From Macrostomum lignano (taxonomy: Eukaryota): 64,000 nucleotides of DNA. Under the pieces are notes generated by a model that made no database searches, was not told where the DNA came from, and worked only from the letters and a program-made list of their open reading frames with translations. This document shows, one piece after another, positions 46,101-58,227 of this stretch. Position numbers and translations under genes: made by a program. Positions within the stretch are counted from its first letter, which is position 1; each line of letters starts with the position of its first letter. The stretch covers positions 62,001-126,000 of the forward strand of contig NIVC01001622.1 in NCBI GenBank assembly GCA_002269645.1, given 5' to 3'.

Positions 46101-49100
46101 CTCAATGGTCTCCTCAGTGGTCTGCTCGATCTCCTGAGAAGTCTCAATGGTCTCTTCGGTTGTCTGACCAATGTCAGTTGTATCTATGGTCTGCTCAATG
46201 GTCTGCCCGATAATCTGCTGTGTCCCAGAGTTCGTACTGGTGACCCTTCCTGTCTCTGTAGTCACTGAGTCTACTATTCGGTTTCTTTTAATTTTGTAGA
46301 TTTCCGTCTCGAAGTAAAAGTCGCTGCTTTCAACGGACTTCTCTGAGCCGCTAACTGTTGTTAGCAGCTCAGTCGATTCTTCGATGGTTCGAGAACCTCT
46401 GCACCGGAACTCTCCGAAAGATTCTGTCTCTCTGCCAGTGGATGTGCCGGTTATAACGTAGGCATAGCCAGCGACTTCAGAATCGTCCGAGTTGACTGAG
46501 GCATGCGTTGATGCTGTTGTCCTTTTTCTGGACTCCTCAACGGTTTTCTCGATCTCCTGAGACGTCTCAATTGTCTCCTCAGTTGTCTCCTCGGTGGTCT
46601 GCTCGATCTCAGTAGTCTCAATTGTCTCCTCAGTAGTCTCCTCAGTGGTCTGCTCAATCTCCTGAGAAGTCTCAATGGTCTCCTCAGTTGTCTCCTCGGT
46701 GGTCTGCTCAATCTCCTGAGACGTCTCAATGGTCTCCTCAGTTGTCTCCTCAGTGGGCTGCTCAATCTCCTGAGAAGTCTCAATGGTCTCCTCAGTTGTC
46801 TCCTCGGTGGTCTGCTCGATCTCCTGAGACGTCTCAATGGTCTCCTCAGTTGTCTCCTCGGTGGTCTGCTCGATCTCCTGAGAAGTCTCAATGGTCTCCT
46901 CAGTTGTCTCCTCGGTGGTCTGCTCGATCTCCTGAGAAGTCTCAATGGTCTCCTCAGTGGTCTGCTCGATCTCAGTAGTCTCAATGGTCTCCTCAGTAGT
47001 CTCCTCGGTGGTCTGCTCGATCTCCTGAGAAGTCTCAATGGTCTTCTCAGTTGTCTCCTCAGTGGTCTGCTCGATCTCCTGAGAAGTCTCAATGGTCTCC
47101 TCAGTGGTCTCCTTGGTTGTCTGCTCGATCTCCTGAGAAGTCTCAATGGTCTCCTCAGTGGTCTGCTCGATCTCCGCAGAAGTCTCAATGGTCTCCTCAG
47201 TTGTCTCCTTGGTTGTCTGCTCGATCTCCTGAGAAGTCTCAATGGTCTCCTCAGTGGTCTGCTCGATCTCCTGAGAAGTCTCAATGGTCTCCTCAGTGGT
47301 CTGCTGAAACTCCCGAGAAGTCTCAATGGTCTCCTCAGTTGTCTCCTCGGTGGTCTGCTCGATCTCCTGAGAAGTCTTAATGGTCTCCTCAGTTGTCTCC
47401 TCGGTGGTCTGCTCGATCTCCTGAGAAGTCTCAATGGTCTCCTCAGTTGTCTCCTCGGTGGTCTGCTCGATCTCCTGAGAAGTCTCAATGGTCTCCTCAG
47501 TTGTCTCCTCAGTGGTCTGCTCGATCTCCTGAGAAGTCTCAATGGTCTCCTCAGTGGTCTGCTCGATCTCCTCAGAAGTCTCAATGGTCTCCTCAGTTGT
47601 CTCCTTGGTTGTCTGCTCGATCTCCTGAGAAGTCTCAATGGTCTCCTCAGTTGTCTCATCAGTGGTCTGCTCGATCTCCTGAGAAGTCTCAATGGTCTCC
47701 TCAGTGGTCTGCTCGATCTCCTGAGAAGTCTCAATGGTCTCTTCGGTTGTCTGACCAATGTCAGTTGTATCTATGGTCTGCTCAATGGTCTGCCCGATAA
47801 TCTGCTGTGTCCCAGAGTTCGTACTGGTGACCCTTCCTGTCTCTGTAGTCACTGAGTCTACTATTCGGTTTCTTTTAATTTTGTAGATTTCCGTCTCGAA
47901 GTAAAAGTCGCTGCTTTCAACGGACTTCTCTGAGCCGCTAACTGTTGTTAGCAGCTCAGTCGATTCTTCGATGGTTCGAGAACCTCTGCACCGGAACTCT
48001 CCGAAAGATTCTGTCTCTCTGCCAGTGGATGTGCCGGTTATAACGTAGGCATAGCCAGCGACTTCAGAATCGTCCGAGTTGACTGAGGCATGCGTTGATG
48101 CTGTTGTCCTTTTTCTGGACTCCTCAACGGTTTTCTCGATCTCCTGAGACGTCTCAATTGTCTCCTCAGTTGTCTCCTCGGTGGTCTGCTCGATCTCAGT
48201 AGTCTCAATTGTCTCCTCAGTAGTCTCCTCAGTGGTCTGCTCAATCTCCTGAGAAGTCTCAATGGTCTCCTCAGTTGTCTCCTCGGTGGTCTGCTCAATC
48301 TCCTGAGACGTCTCAATGGTCTCCTCAGTTGTCTCCTCAGTGGGCTGCTCAATCTCCTGAGAAGTCTCAATGGTCTCCTCAGTTGTCTCCTCGGTGGTCT
48401 GCTCGATCTCCTGAGACGTCTCAATGGTCTCCTCAGTTGTCTCCTCGGTGGTCTCCTCGATCTCCTGAGACGTCTCAATGGTCTCCTCAGTTGTCTCCTC
48501 GGTGGTCTGCTCGATCTCCTGAGAAGTCTCAATGGTCTCCTCAGTTGTCTCCTCGGTGGTCTGCTCGATCTCCTGAGAAGTCTCAATGGTCTCCTCAGTG
48601 GTCTGCTCGATCTCAGTAGTCTCAATGGTCTCCTCAGTAGTCTCCTCGGTGGTCTGCTCGATCTCCTGAGAAGTCTCAATGGTCTCCTCAGTTGTCTCCT
48701 CAGTTGTCTGCTCGATCTCCTGAGAAGTCTCAATGGTCTCCTCAGTGGTCTGCTGATCTCCTGAGAAGTCTCAATGGTCTCCTCAGTGGTCTGCTCGAGA
48801 AGTCTCAATGGTCTCCTCAGTTGTCTCCTTGGTTGTCTGCTCGATCTCCTGAGAAGTCTCAATGGTCTCCTCAGTGGTCTGCTCGATCTCCTGAGAAGTC
48901 TCAATGGTCTCCTCAGTGGTCTGCTGAAACTCCCGAGAAGTCTCAATGGTCTCCTCAGTTGTCTCCTCGGTGGTCTGCTCGATCTCCTGAGAAGTCTCAA
49001 TGGTCTCCTCAGTGGGTCTCAATGGTCTCCTCAGTGGTCTGCTCGATCTCCTGAGAAGTCTCAATGGTCTCCTCAGTGGTCTGCTCGATCTCCTTAGAAG

Positions 49101-52100
49101 TCTCAGTTGTCTCCTCGGTGGTCTGCTCGATCTCCTGAGAAGTCTCAATGGTCTCCTCAGTGGTCTGCTCGATCTCCTGAGAAGTCTCAATGGTCTCTTC
49201 GGTTGTCTGACCAATGTCAGTTGTATCTATGGTCTGCTCAATGGTCTGCCCGATAATCTGCTGTGTCCCAGAGTTCGTACTGGTGACCCTTCCTGTCTCT
49301 GTAGTCACCGAGTCTACTATTCGGTTTCTTTTAATTTTGTAGATTTCCGTCTCGAAGTAAAAGTCGCTGCTTTCAACGGACTTCTCTGAGCCGCTAACTG
49401 TTGTTAGCAGCTCAGTCGATTCTTCGATGGTTCGAGAACCTCTGCACCGGAACTCTCCGAAAGATTCTGTCTCTCTGCCAGTGGATGTGCCGGTTATAAC
49501 GTAGGCATAGCCAGCGACTTCAGAATCGTCCGAGTTGACTGAGGCATGCGTTGATGCTGTTGTCCTTTTTCTGGACTCCTCAACGGTTTTCTCGATCTCC
49601 TGAGACGTCTCAATTGTCTCCTCAGTTGTCTCCTCGGTGGTCTGCTCGATCTCAGTAGTCTCAATTGTCTCCTCAGTAGTCTCCTCAGTGGTCTGCTCAA
49701 TCTCCTGAGAAGTCTCAATGGTCTCCTCAGTTGTCTCCTCGGTGGTCTGCTCGATCTCCTGAGAAGTCTCAATGGTCTCCTCAGTTGTCTCCTCGGTGGT
49801 CTGCTCGATCTCCTGAGAAGTCTCAATGGTCTCCTCAGTTGTCTCCTCGGTGGTCTGCTCAATCTCTTGAGAAGTCTCAATTGTCTCCTCAGTAGTCTCC
49901 TCGGTGGTCTGCTCGATCTCAGTAGTCTCAATGGTCTCCTCAGTTGTCTCCTCGGTGGTCTGCTCGATCTCTTGAGACGTCTCAATGGTCTCCTCAGTTG
50001 TCTCCTCGGTGGTCTGCTCGATCTCCTGAGACGTCTCAATGGTCTCCTCAGTTGTCTCCTCGGTGGTCTGCTCGATCTCTTGAGAAGTCTCAATGGTCTC
50101 CTCAGTAGTCTCCTCAGTGGTCTGCTCGATCTCCTGAGAAGTCTCAATGGTCTCCTCAGTTGTCTCCTCGGTGGTCTGCTCGATCTCCTGAGACGTCTCA
50201 ATGTTCTCCTCAGTTGTCTCCTCGGTGGTCTGCTCAATCTCTTGAGAAGTCTCAATGGTCTCCTCGGTGGTCTGCTCGATCTCCTGAGAAGTCTCAATGG
50301 TCTCCTCAGTGGTCTGCTCGGTGGTCTGCTCGATCTCCTGAGAAGTCTCAATGGTCTCCTCAGTTGTCTCCTCAGTGGTCTGCTCGATCTCCTGAGAAGT
50401 CTCAATGGTCTCCTCAGTTGTCTCCTCGGTGGTCTGCTCGATCTCCTGAGAAGTCTCAATGGTCTCCTCAGTTGTCTCCTCGGTGGTCTGCTCAATCTCT
50501 TGAGAAGTCTCAATGGTCTCCTCGGTGGTCTGCTCGATCTCCTGAGAAGTCTCAATGGTCTCCTCAGTGGTCTGCTCGGTGGTCTGCTCGATCTCCTGAG
50601 AAGTCTCAATGGTCTCCTCAGTTGTCTCCTTGGTTGTCTGCTCGATCTCCTGAGAAGTCTCAATGGTCTCCTCAGTTGTCTCATCAGTGGTCTGCTCGAT
50701 CTCCTGAGAAGTCTCAATGGTCTCCTCAGTGGTCTGCTCGATCTCCTGAGAAGTCTCAATGGTCTCTTCGGTTGTCTGACCAATGTCAGTTGTATCTATG
50801 GTCTGCTCAATGGTCTGCCCGATAATCTGCTGTGTCCCAGAGTTCGTACTGGTGACCCTTCCTGTCTCTGTAGTCACTGAGTCTACTATTCGGTTTCTTT
50901 TAATTTTGTAGATTTCCGTCTCGAAGTAAAAGTCGCTGCTTTCAACGGACTTCTCTGAGCCGCTAACTGTTGTTAGCAGCTCAGTCGATTCTTCGATGGT
51001 TCGAGAACCTCTGCACCGGAACTCTCCGAAAGATTCTGTCTCTCTGCCAGTGGATGTGCCGGTTATAACGTAGGCATAGCCAGCGACTTCAGAATCGTCC
51101 GAGTTGACTGAGGCATGCGTTGATGCTGTTGTCCTTTTTCTGGACTCCTCAACGGTTTTCTCGATCTCCTGAGACGTCTCAATTGTCTCCTCAGTTGTCT
51201 CCTCGGTGGTCTGCTCGATCTCAGTAGTCTCAATTGTCTCCTCAGTAGTCTCCTCAGTGGTCTGCTCAATCTCCTGAGAAGTCTCAATGGTCTCCTCAGT
51301 TGTCTCCTCGGTGGTCTGCTCGATCTCCTGAGAAGTCTCAATGGTCTCCTCAGTGGTCTGCTCGATCTCCTGAGAAGTCTCAATGGTCTCCTCAGTGGTC
51401 TGCTCGATCTCCTGAGAAGTCTCAATGGTCTCCTCAGTGGTCTGCTCGATCTCCTGAGAAGTCTCAATGGTCTCCTCAGTTGTCTCCTCAGTGGTCTGCT
51501 CGATCTCCTGAGAAGTCTCAATGGTCTCCTCAGTTGTCTCCTCGGTGGTCTGCTCGATCTCCTGAGAAGTCTCAATGGTCTCCTCAGTGGTCTGCTCGAT
51601 CTCAGTAGTCTCAATGGTCTCCTCAGTAGTCTCCTCGGTGGTCTGCTCGATCTCCTGAGAAGTCTCAATGGTCTCCTCAGTTGTCTCCTCAGTGGTCTGC
51701 TCGATCTCCTGAGAAGTCTCAATGGTCTCCTCAGTGGTCTCCTTGGTTGTCTGCTCGATCTCCTGAGAAGTCTCAATGGTCTCCTCAGTGGTCTGCTCGA
51801 TCTCCTCAGAAGTCTCAATGGTCTCCTCAGTTGTCTCCTTGGTTGTCTGCTCGATCTCCTGAGAAGTCTCAATGGTCTCCTCAGTTGTCTCCTCGGTGGT
51901 CTGCTCGATCTCCTGAGAAGTCTCAATGGTCTCCTCAGTTGTCTCCTCGGTGGTCTGCTCGATCTCCTGAGAAGTCTCAATGGTCTCCTCAGTTGTCTCC
52001 TCAGTGGTCTGCTCAATCTCTTGAGAAGTCTCAATGGTCTCCTCAGTTGTCTCCTCAGTGGTCTGCTCTATCTCCTGAGAAGTCTCAATGGTCTCCTCAG

Positions 52101-54059
52101 TTGTCTCCTCGGTGGTCTGCTCAATCTCCTGAGAAGTCTGAATCTTCTCCTGAGTTGCCCGTTCAGTCTCCTCAGTAGTCTCAGTGCACTCTTCAGTTGT
52201 GTGCTCGGTTTCTTCAGCGGTCTGGATCGTAGAAGCTTGTTTTGTTGTTTCGGCATACTCTTCTTTGCTCTCCGAATTTGTTTTGCGATAGCGCTTCTTC
52301 TCTGGGTCTGTAGTAGTTATTGTAGATTGAATTTCGATGGCAACCAGATCCTGATTAACTGGAAGAAATTCGGTTTCAAGCGACTCTTCAGTCGGACTAT
52401 CCCTTGCTGTTCTTTTGTGAAGCACAGTCAGTTCAGATTTCTCCTCGTTTGTTCGAACGGCGCTCACGCTGAGATCGGCAGTTGTAGTTTTCGTAGCAGC
52501 TGTGCCAATTGATGACTCTGCATTCTTTTCGGACTGCATTGTGACGATAGTCGTGGTTTTGATTGTAGTTTTTGTTGAGTTTTCATCCCAAGAATTTTTA
52601 TCAAGCTGGCTGTTCTCATGCTCAATGGTCTTTTCAAATGTGGATTTTGTGACTGCATCTTCTGAGGTAAGAACTGCTGCCTGTTTTTCCGTCACGTCTA
52701 CCTCCAAGTAGCGGCACACCCAAGTTGAGCAGGCGGTAGTGCTTTCCTCTGTGACATACTTGACAGAATGGTTGGCTGGAATGAATAGATCGGCCCAGAG
52801 AGCATTGATGTCCACACAGTTCGGCGCCTTACTGTCCATTTTTGAGTAGCGATCGATCTCGCCAGCGAATGATTTAGAAAACCAAGTTCCTCCCAAGGCT
52901 GGTTCAACAGACTTTTGTAGGATGTGCTCACTCTCTGCAGTTGAAAAGGCAGATTTTTGCCCTTTCATGGCCGAATTTGAAGTAGACTTTTTCACGACTT
53001 TAGAGCCCCTTGCTTCTCCTTTTCCAACAGTCGTCACAATTGTTCGAGTCTTCACGGTTGTCAGATAGGTGGAGGTTCGCTCTGCGTCTTGAGCGACGTC
53101 GGTAGACTGAGACGTTGCAATTGAAGCCGGGTATCCAGAGTCCTCAGTCAGCTCATCCACCATTTCAATCGTAGCGTCACTTTCCGCACCATCTGAGCTT
53201 CGTTCCAGAGCTCCGTCAGCTCGCAGTTCTTCAGTCAGTTCCGAGGTCTCGACCATTGTTGCATCAGTCAACGTGTCATCGATTTCGCTACCATCAATCG
53301 TCAGGTCGGTTGTAACATCTGTTTCGTCCGCTTCGGTGCGAATGCCCTGCTTCTTTACCACAACTGTCACATTTCCAGTGGTAATTACTTCACATTCAGA
53401 GCTTGTCTGATTAGAATTTCCAGCTACCTTGGTAGACAGCGAGTCAGTAGTTTCGGAATCAATAGTGTCTTTTGTGACTACGGTGGGGCAGACAGTCACC
53501 GATGGTTCGAGTTGGTAAATATTTAGCTTCACCATGCTATTATCTGTCGATTCGTCCGTCTTTCCGGTGCCAACATTCTGATCGAATGATTCATTGACAT
53601 CTTGTTCTGTCACAAATACGAATTCATCGGTAATCGATTGGTCCTTCTGTGCTCTTACAGATTGGGTTGTAGAAATTTTCTGCGTCGAATCTTCACTCTG
53701 TTCCGTCACTTCCTTTGTTCCTATTATTTGCGTTCGCTCGGATCCACCGACAGAAATATCATCATTGCCTTCTTTCATGAATTCGATTGTCATCTCCGTT
53801 ACTAGTTGCTCCTCAGTCCGCGGCGAATTCTCTGTGATTCCTTTCACAGTCACTCTAGTGCTTGCTTCGCCTGTTCGTGACTCAGAAGCGGCCGAAGCAA
53901 TGTTGGTCGTGATGATAGTCTCCTCTGTCACTTCTTTCGTTTTAGTAGTGGATGATAGTTCAGTGGTAGATTTGCGCTGCGAACTCTCCATAGTAGATGT
54001 TGAGGTGATTGTACTTTCTAAAAATGGTTCGCCAGTAGCATATTTCCATAACTTGCGCA
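40179..54059 (-). CDS. Hillarin/KY-like gene, giant ~13.9-kb exon encoding an acidic E/T/Q/I repeat region (frameshifts at ~48750-49020)
   Basis: ORFs 54060-49009 (1683 aa) and ~48750-40134 are continuous in content; donor GAG|GTGAGT at 40178; phase-1 acceptor at 54059 or 54017 fits exon 1. Confidence 0.75.
43150..52170 (-). repeat. Coding higher-order tandem array: six 128-codon spacer blocks separated by runs of 13/14/18-codon E/T repeats
   Basis: The spacer marker GGACTCCTCAACGG (+ strand) occurs at ~43845, 45249, 46530, 48117, 49573 and 51142. Confidence 0.95.
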
Positions 54060-54302
54060 CTTACGTAATAATGAGTAGGAAACAATCTACCGTATTTTTA
54101 GCTTTAAAACTTATCTTACCGTTTCTTTTTCCGTTAGTAACACATGTAGGTGAATATTCACGCAAAACAGTATGGATGGAACGATGTATAAAGAGGGGGG
54201 TTTCACAAACTCGAAATTTCAAAACGTCGAAAGCACCTTCTTTCACAAGATCGAAATTTCACTAGGTCGAAATTTCGAGTGAAAGCACCCCTATAAAGAT
54301 AA

Positions 54303-55461
54303 CCCGCTGAAAACGTTACTGTGACCAGAATTGCTAAAGAGTCATCGCAAACAACTCACTAGTGACTCTAGAGACTCTTAGGCGACCTTTGTGACTTTTC
54401 AACGACTCAAACGACTGCGATGCGACCGAGAGGCGACTGTTGCGTCAACAATTAGCGCATCACGTGAGTCGTAGTATCCTAAAAAAGTCTCGAAAAATTC
54501 GAAAGTACTAGCGCTTAACTAAGTGAGTCGTTTCTGAGTCGCAGACAATAAAACGTCTCAAATTGACACTTTGGCGACTTTTTGATGACTTTTTGGCGAC
54601 TCACTACCGTGACATCTAGTCACGTTGCCAGAGTTGTGACGTTTAGAGTTGTGACGTTGCCAGTTTCAGTAGCCCCGCCAAGGGCCGTTTTGACATACGG
54701 TACCAATCTTTAATATTACCAGTCTCGTATTCTCACGTCTGCTTAAAGTAGCGCCCTAAGAATTTTAATCAACTGCGTACAATTGTAAACTCTGCGTACA
54801 GCGCGCGATCGATAATTTCTATTCCTGTTTTTCTCAGTTGGCCAATAGAAATGCACCGCATTAATTATACTAATTTCTCTCGCGCGCCACCCCCCAGCCC
54901 GGTCCTTATCAGTTCTGTCTGGCCGTGCGCTCGGGGCCTTTTCACTTTCGCTCCTCCCGTTTGCCTCATTGCCTTTAGCTCCGCCGCCACCCCGTCTGGG
55001 GCCTTCGCCTGTTTCGACTTTGTTAGCCTCTCGCACCCTTGCGAGCCTGTGTAGCTTGTATGCTCAGGCTGCCTTCACTTGGTCACTTGCCTTCTCTCCG
55101 TCACGGTTCTAGCCACGCCTCTGCCACTACCAGCCACGCCACTTCTACTTAAGCAAATTACTTTATTGTTGTGTAGCCGCGCATTGTTATTCAAAGTACA
55201 AGACGTAACAATAAATTAAGTCTGCAGCCAGCGTTCGTATTAACGCTAATCCAAATTACTGCCAAGTGCTACCGCTACAATTCCCCCTTTGCCACACTCA
55301 TTTGTCTTCGCTCGTTCGCGAGGCCGCCACGCTAATATCGTCACAGAGTCTTCTCGAGTCACTTCTTTCTTATTTCACCTGTGTTACTTGCAACGACTCT
55401 GAGGCGACGGAGAAGACTTTGGGTTGGGATGCTTCTTGGCCTAGGTAACGTTTTCATCGGG
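54303..55461. mobile_element. Non-autonomous DNA transposon with 17-bp TIRs and GAGTC/GACTC-rich subterminal arms
   Basis: CCCGCTGAAAACGTTAC versus GTAACGTTTTCATCGGG (16/17 inverted match); homologous subterminal motifs on both arms; no clean TSD. Confidence 0.6.
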
Positions 55462-56058
55462 TGACGGGTAATCTTGACAACATAAAATAGTATGCATTTA
55501 AACCACGATTCTGAAGCAAACAATTCAGTTGGCCAGTTTTGGCATAGGCCTTGGTATAACAGCTTTGCTACTTTCAGTTCAGTAGCAAGGAAGAATGTTA
55601 GCTATTTTTTTAAGAAAAGAAAGGCGTTGGACTTAAGGTCATAAACAACTTTTTTATCGGTACAGCCTTACTAATGTACATTTAGCCAGCGCCGATAAAA
55701 ATGTACATTGTAGCTTTTAGGCTAGATAGCGCAAAGGAGGACAGTAAAAACTGGGCGGAGAGAGGGAGGGGGTGGCTTTTCCTGGAAGGACGCTGTCGGT
55801 TGGCCGTTAGGTTAGTAGAATAGTAACATTGAATTAAAATTACTTCTACTAAAAATTCTACTTATTATATTTAACTGAATCTGCTGCTTGGCCTAACTAG
55901 ACATTATAGCTATCTAGTGTTTGTCTATTTTTGTAATATTAACAACTAAACGACTAAGCTAGTAGTTAATCAGAGATGAAGCATTCTCTTTGTATTACGA
56001 TACCTACTGAACCATTGTAACAAAGGGCACCAGGGTTTTTGTTTGTTTAACTACGGCC

Positions 56059-56456
56059 CAGGGATCAGCAAACTTTTTAACCTCAAAGGCCAGATGGAGA
56101 ACCTAGAGAATGACTGCGCGCCGGAGGAGGGGAGAGAGGAGAGGGAATAATAAAGCGATAATGGAGATAAGAGGAGAGGCGAGAGAATAAAGGAGAAGAG
56201 AGGATGAGAGAGAAGAGGGGAGATACGAGAGGAGAGGAGAGGGAAGAGAAGAGAGAAGAGAAGACAGAAGAGGAGAGGAAAGGAGAGAGGAGAGGAGAGG
56301 AGTGAAGAGGAGAGTAGAGATATAAGAGATATAAGAGAAGAGATATAAACATTGAGCGGACCGGATTCCTATTGTGAACTTTCAAAGGATCCAAAGGGCC
56401 GGATGGAGCCCTTGCGGGCTGCATGTAGCCCTCGGGCTGGAGTTTTCCCAACCATG
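56059..56456 (+). mobile_element. hAT-like MITE containing a GA-rich tract
   Basis: CAGGGATCAGCAAACT ... GGGCCGGATGGAGCC ... AGTTTTCCCAACCATG with degenerate TIRs; AACTACG lies near both flanks; purine tract at 56125-56345. Confidence 0.5.
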
Positions 56457-56636
56457 AACTACGCGAACAGCCTATTATTTAGGCCCTTAGTGATAACTAA
56501 GGCTAGTATAAACATCAAGGATGACACATGTGTGGTATGATAAGAAACAGTTAATGAAAGGCTAAACGATTCCGAATGCATTAAAAAGGCAAAATGGATA
56601 TTCATGCAAAGCTAAAAAAACAGTTGAAAATCTTAC

Positions 56637-57264
56637 CTGAGGAGCCCTTAGAGATTGCTTCTCCGTGCAAATTGCGCTTGATGACGAAGCGATAGGCGCT
56701 GCTGGTGCTACCGAAGCACTTGCCGCCCGAAACGGACACCGAGCTGTCGAATTCTTGCTCGTTGTAGCCTTCGGAGGCTTCCGTCGAATACCGGTCGATG
56801 CAGCGACCTTCGACGACTCGCTCGTCTACAAACTCGACCTCGCCTTCGCCTTCGCCTTCGGGTAGTAGTACCTCGTACTTTTGCCCGAACGTCTCGTCGA
56901 CGGAGTTTGACGAAGTTGACTCGTCCTCGTCTAGGAGTGGGCACGCCTCGGCCACCGTCGCCTCGACTGTAATCGACGTTCTCACCGGCTTGTCACTTGT
57001 TGCCGATTCGACAGTCTCAGTCCTGGTCTCAGCCAATTCCTGCTGGCTCTCCTCGCCCTTCTCAGTGACTACCATGGTCACGTCATCGGACAGAATGCGC
57101 TCGTGGATTACAACTCCGCTTTGTCCGATTGTTTCAGCCGACTTCTGCTCCTGCCAGATCGCCTTCGATTGGCTCTCCGACTGCTGCTTCGGCTGCTGCT
57201 CTTGACGTCTTTGCTTCTGCTGCGACAGCTTCTGCTGTCGCGTCTCTCTCTGCCTATCAGCCAT
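56637..57264 (-). CDS. Probable first (or upstream) coding exon of the giant hillarin/KY-like gene
   Basis: 209-codon E/S/T/V/Q-rich non-repetitive ORF with the same composition as the giant exon; donor G|GTAAGA, phase 1; the true start may lie further upstream. Confidence 0.6.
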
Positions 57265-58227
57265 TCCGCGTTCCTGCCAAAGAGTTCGGTGCTGACAAAA
57301 GCTTTGGCACCGATTTGGTCAGGAAAATGAAGGGAGGGTTGAAAAACAGCTAAAAAACTGTGCCTCGAAAGTTCGACAATTTTTTTTCACTAGTATCGCT
57401 CGATGCAACTCTGCGTCGTCTGCTGTCTCTGTTTAAATAGAGCTCGCCGCGCGCCAGCAATCTCAACTCCCCTCCCCACCTGCGGCAAACTCGTGTATTG
57501 TTGGTTTTCGAGATGGCGCGATTTGTTAGCTCTGGGCGCAAACTCTAAAAAGCAGACGTCACCAAGCCCTTATTGTCCATCCAGTGGCTTATAGAAAACA
57601 TACCGCGGGCGAGGGGGGGGGAAGGCTAAAGAGAGTGGGCCATTGTCTGAGCAAACTAACTATTTCGCAATCTTAGAGTTCGCTCCTGCAAAAATGGACT
57701 TTGCTTTGAATAGAGATTTGCCACTAAAATGGGACTTACTCGTAAATGCAGGGCAGGGGCTAGCGAACCAAAAAGTGGCAGTTTTAGGGTCTGTATTACA
57801 TCAGTTCGGCAGAGAACTGGTTAACTGGTTTAGACTAGTTTGCGTTTTTGTGTCAGACCAGTTGGATGTTCTTCAGGTACATTTCTGGTGTTTTTCCGCT
57901 TCATTTGCCTGCTGCGAAATGGCCCCCAGGCAAGGTGGCCCTGTTTTTGGCATTCTGCCCCTGAAGCAAAATGCATCTCTGCACCTGTGCTCACTGAAGT
58001 AGAACCGAGATAAAAAGCTAGGATTGGAGTTTTAAATGGGGGACGATGCAAGGAGAGTTAAACAGTGATTGTGGGGCATTGTGTTAGCATTGGAGCTTTA
58101 CGTCCCCACGCACTTTCCGCTGACGCAGATGGGGAAACATTTTCACTTCACGTGACACTTTTTATTACCTTAACAAAGATCTTTTAGGTTTTTGTAAATG
58201 TTTCTCACATCTTTCTGACCAAATCAC

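Noticed and set aside
43115-52256. Long Arg/Leu/Pro-rich ORFs (RRPLRLLRRSS) and + strand SPQWSAR or LLSCLLGG ORFs
   Set aside because: Shadow frames of the E/T repeat; they break at every spacer block, whereas the E/T frame continues through unique sequence.
40134-54060. Secreted mucin or adhesive protein interpretation
   Set aside because: No signal peptide is seen, the region is very acidic and Pro-poor, and it splices in phase to a cytosolic KY-type domain.
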